Shown here: positions 59,644 to 64,000 of the stretch, piece by piece
Position numbering within the stretch: the stretch's first letter is position 1
Layout: each line of letters begins with the position of its first letter
The notes under the pieces: generated by a model
Databases searched by the model: none
What the model was told of the DNA's origin: nothing
The model's input: only the letters and a program-made list of their open reading frames with translations
Assembly (NCBI RefSeq): GCF_964204645.1
Contig: NC_134036.1
Location: 1,674,001 to 1,738,000 of the forward strand
Source: Tubulanus polymorphus
Lineage: Eukaryota; Animalia; Nemertea
DNA: 64,000 bases
Direction of reading: 5' to 3'
Translations under genes and position numbers: made by a program

Positions 59644-60250
59644 TTTATGCACACGTTCACCAGACATCACTGCGTATACATCTACTCTGAGTGGAAGCTG
59701 GCGAAGTTTAAAGAATCATGGAAGTTTGTCATCACTTGTAATGAAATTACCTGGAGATTGATAGCTGCATTACTAACAAAGATCTACGGAATTCTCGCTG
59801 GGATTTTTTCGATTTCTTCGAGGAATTAAACAAGAGTAAAAAAAAATTTCCCAAACCCTCACCACTCAACTTAAAATAACAAACTAATATTGTAAAAAAA
59901 TCGAAGCCCCTGGTGGAATTACCCGCTGCCGGGACCGAGATGACGAGATAAATAAATAATTCAGCCAGAAACGACTGAATTAAATAATACTTTACCCCGC
60001 CACCGGTGGGATATAGGACTCACGCATTAGCAACCTCATTCCAGGGAGGACAGTGCTGCGCGTAGCCACCGTCCGCTTACCGGAGCTCATTGCCACATCC
60101 TGACCCGCCTCCTCCGAGACTCGAACCTGGGCCACAGCGGTGACACGCTAGTCGCCTACCGACTAAGCCATCCGGTCCGCCCGATCGTAGCCGGTAAACA
60201 TTCACAGATATTCGCCGACTATTCACATTCGGACAAAAGGCCGTGACGTC
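59644..60250. repeat. Direct repeat copy 2 (about 605 bp)
   Basis: Aligns to 53796-54380. Confidence 0.95.
59894..60182 (-). ncRNA. Structured Pol III-type RNA with tRNA/SINE-like head, copy 2
   Basis: Same A and B boxes as copy 1, hairpin 60007-59934, T7 terminator 59900-59894. Confidence 0.7.
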
Positions 60251-60499
60251 CAAATGGAAAGACGGTGATCATGGGTTAACAACTAAACCCACAGACTGTC
60301 AAACAACTTCAATCGGGCTCAATTGTAAATAAATGCAACTTCTACTTTAGAATCTAACTTTCCACATCCCACATATTTTCATTGAATTGCAAGCTGTTGA
60401 TTTGATTCTATTTTAAGAATTATTCATCGGCTTTTTTCACCCTACATGTTAGCCATTTGAAACGTCTCTTTGTTTTGATTTTGTCAAAAAACTATTCGT

Positions 60500-62000
60500 T
60501 TACTTCTCTTCAACCCAGATGCATTTCCCTAATCGTTTTTGAGTTTTGCTGATAAATAAATTACTCAACTTTTCTACACCTATACCTAGCTTCCCTGGTG
60601 GTGGTTAAACAAGTCTCCTGCGAATCTTTGGTACATGTAATACCTAAAAAGTCATTCATTGATATTTCTACACTCTTCGTGCTTTCCTAGCGAATTTTTG
60701 GTACATAACCAAGAACTCATTCATTGATCTTTCTGCATCCCTCATGCTTCCCTAGTGGTTTACGAATATAACACCCAAGCAATATGGCTTAGGTTTAGTT
60801 AAAAATTGATCTACAAACATTTCTGCAACTCATATCCATTACCTATTAGTCTGGTTTGGCAATGAGCCATTGGTGGTATTCGGTATTCGAATGATGCCTA
60901 GGGCTAATGAAAAACACCGGATTGGAAACGCATAACGCCTAATTCCAGGTAACATCCAAGAAATTGATCAAAATCCCTACATGAACTATGCGCACAAGTT
61001 CAGTAAATAGTAACGAAATTAGGTCATTTTCAAGAAATTAGGCGTTGTGTGTTTTCCGATTCGGTGTTTTTTTATTAGGCGTTTTTCGAGTAGTACTATA
61101 GAAATTATTGTGCATCCTATATTTGCCTCCCTAGATTATCTGGTCTTGTGTCACTGCAATAACGTATTGGTGTCAAGATTATTCATTGACCCTCTACACC
61201 TTACATGCTTAGCTAATGGTTTTAAAAGTCTTATCTCCCTGCAATAAGGTATTGGTGTCAAGATTATTCATTGACCCTTTGTGCACTATTCATGCTTCCC
61301 TAATGGTTTAACCGGCGATAAGTGAATATGGTATGGAATAGAACCATCCTGAAAAAAAACTTATTAATATTTCTACACATCACACGCTTTTCCAGTGGGT
61401 TAACAGTGGCGAAATGCTCCCTATATCATAACGTTGTAGTCTAGATAATACCATGATAATACTAAGCTGTCACTCTATATCCACTGTCCAAAACATGATG
61501 GCGAAAGGTATTACTGGTGTGGCATCCCTACCTTAAGCCATAAGGCATTACTCAAAAATAATTTGCACCCCATTTGCTTCCCTTGGGGGTTAAGAAATCT
61601 AATATATCCTTGCAATATTGTTTGAGTTTTGTTAAACAAATTATTCATTTTTCTGCATGCCGCGTGCTTCCTTAGTGGATTTACAAGTCTTATATCCCAG
61701 CAATAAGGTATTGGTGTTACCCCAAAAATCATTCAACAACCCTTTTGCACCTACATACATGCTTCCCGGGTTGGTCTACAAGTCTGGTATCCCTACAATT
61801 ACCCATTGCTGATACCTGAAAATTATTATGGACTTAATTTTCTTCCCAAGACGTTTTTTAAGTCTTGTACCGTATCCCAGCAATGTTGCTTGGGTTTTGC
61901 TCTGACAGATTCATTGATATTTATAAAATATTGATATTTATGTTTGGCACCCTGCATGCTATCGTACCCTAGAAATATTCATCAACTTTTATACACATCA
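60500..62000. repeat. Old, diverged tandem array with a unit of about 85-90 bp
   Basis: Recurrent ATTCATTGA...TCT[A/G]CA...ATGCTTCCCT..TGGTTTA...GCAATA.GGTATTGGTG; best pair TGGTGTCAAGATTATTCATTGACCC at 61168 and 61254. Confidence 0.7.
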
Positions 62001-62594
62001 TCCGCAGAAGTTATTCATGATTTCATCCCCAATAACAAACCAAGAGTCCAAGAGAAGTAGTTTAGTACCTAGCCGTCGTTCGTAGGGAACCGGTAACAAT
62101 GGCTGGTATTCAGACTACAAGAGATGGTGCCAATGATAGGGTGTTACTACTACTATGTAGTTAGTAACCTAATCGTTGGTGGTAAGCTTTTTATAATCGG
62201 ATGGGCTTATACCAACTATAACTATCACTATATGTGGTTTGTGAAAATATCCGATCGTGAAACTAAACTACACTGTCTACAGTCAGGATACTGACTAACT
62301 ACTAGGCCTATGCATTTCTATTTCGTTGATTTTGCCCAAAATACATCGCGTATGGCCCATTTCTGAGTTGGAAATATCAGCCTAACCTTATTTGTATATA
62401 CTCAATTACTGTCGCAGTTCTCAGCTTCGCGTTGTTGCTTCCAAATAAGTCTAAATTAGATTCCAATGTTTATCAATTTACTCCATCACATTTGCCTTCC
62501 GTGTCTACGACCTTCAGAAAATAGATCGCGCGCGACTCGGAGTGTGTTTGGGGCTACCGGGAGTAGCTTCAAGCCAGTTGGGAAACGCGCCAAA

Positions 62595-62860
62595 GGACTA
62601 GTGGCCGAATGGTGAAACGCTTGACCACTGGTCAAAGGAATGCTGGTTCGAGTCCCACTGTGGGCAGGATAATTTCATTTACTCTAATTGATAAACGTCA
62701 CTTGATTTTTTTGGTGGTTTTGTTTTAAGCTTTAATTCATCACGATTAATCACCCCTACCACCACAAGGATCGTATGGCGACTGACGTGGATCACTGTTG
62801 AAACAACCACTCCCGGGACTCTGGGCGAACATGTTTATGATGTTAGGAGCGCTTTCCTTA
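62595..62860 (+). mobile_element. tRNA-derived SINE
   Basis: A box TGGCCGAATGG (62602), B box GGTTCGAGTCC (62645), no complete cloverleaf, body of about 200 nt; 3' boundary approximate. Confidence 0.6.
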
Positions 62861-62869
62861 AGTTGCCAA

Positions 62870-63045
62870 CTCCTATGGAACTTTGGCCACAAAGCAGCAT
62901 GTAACAGTAGTGTTGATCTTATGGGTACGGCCCAAATGGTCTCAAGATTTTCCTCGTTGCTCTATGGAACTTTGGCCGTATGAACTGGCCCGCAAATCAG
63001 CATGTGACAGCAGTGTTGATTTTATGGGTATGGCCCAAATGGGCG
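62870..63045. repeat. Local duplication of about 100 bp
   Basis: CAGCATGT.ACAG.AGTGTTGAT.TTATGGGTA.GGCCCAAATGG occurs twice; CTATGGAACTTTGGCC occurs twice. Confidence 0.7.
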
Positions 63046-64000
63046 ATTCCGACAAAGATGATATTTAGGCCAATCGTCTGACCAATACAACAATTACAAT
63101 AATTCCACGGAAATAAAATACAAGAAAAAACAACTAAATATTTCATCAATTTTTTATTTTTTTTATTACATGATGTTTTTTCATTTATTATTATTATCAT
63201 TATTATTATTGTAATTATTATTATTATATTCATCATATAAAGAACAAATATATAAGAAACGTATAAGGTTGATTCTGCTAGTCGCTACTAGATGGCGCTC
63301 AAAATTCGCCATTCTATATGGTACATAATAATGTATATAGTCATATATGTTAATTTCCCCTTGACGACAGATTATTACAAGGACGAAAGTTACGAAGCGC
63401 AGTTTCCATGACGACTGGTATTTACAGTAAAACGAAGAGTGCATTTTTTCACAATCAAATTCAATTAAATCATATTGAGAAACAAGAACAATCCGAGTTT
63501 AGAGAAGTCTGCATAGATATTCATAGTCAGTAGACGATCATCACAATTTCAAATTGCTTGCGTTGGTTTTTGAGCGTGAAACCGAGAAACAAAAAATGAA
63601 AAAAATTCATAATTTTTTTTCAGGCGATAAATAAATTCGGAAACGTTATATTATGCAATTGAGGGGCACGTGACTTGCTCTATTTACAAAAAACCCTTGC
63701 TATGCACTGCGCAGACGCCCAGAGATAACTGATCGTCATAGAAACCAAGCATGCGCAACAGACGTCCGGTAATTTACGGTGTGGGGGAAATAGAAATTGG
63801 ACACAAAAAATGGGTTTTTTGCTTATTTCGAGAGTAAACACTTAAATTTGAGCAAATTTGCGAATTGCACGTACATTCAATATTTAGTAAACCGTCTCAC
63901 TACGAGAGGGCGCTGAAGCCACGTCACCATCTACACGCCAAACATGAAACTAACAATCGACAACCCCTTGAATAAATTTCACTTCAAATTTCAAATTTAA

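Noticed and set aside
53796-60250. LTR retrotransposon formed by the two ~600-bp direct repeats
   Set aside because: No TG...CA termini, primer-binding site, polypurine tract or TSD seen, and no gag/pol between the repeats.

Overview
AT-rich, intron-rich eukaryotic DNA with GT-AG introns and CpG-rich exons, consistent with an invertebrate animal; no prokaryotic features or CRISPR. Most short ORFs in the track are spurious. Splicing exons by hand gives seven conserved genes in 0-48 kb: SEC11 (5' part outside the window), a C15orf48/NMES1-like NDUFA4-family protein, FBXO15, an RBM28 with an intronless CDS, PEX11G, WDR61/SKIC8 and HDHD2. Introns are full of MITEs and tandem arrays. The last 16 kb is lineage-specific: a 44-bp satellite that may be transcribed, a 1.3-kb foldback DNA transposon, a two-exon 601-aa coiled-coil plus beta-propeller gene, and SINE heads. 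The top finding is two paralogous ~285-nt Pol III-type RNA genes (54027-54312 and 59894-60182, minus strand). Each has a tRNA-like A/B-box head, an upstream CRE and a T7 terminator. Near-identical scaffold blocks alternate with hypervariable blocks that keep pairing with each other through compensatory and G-U changes. All analysis was done by eye; no searches or folding programs were run.
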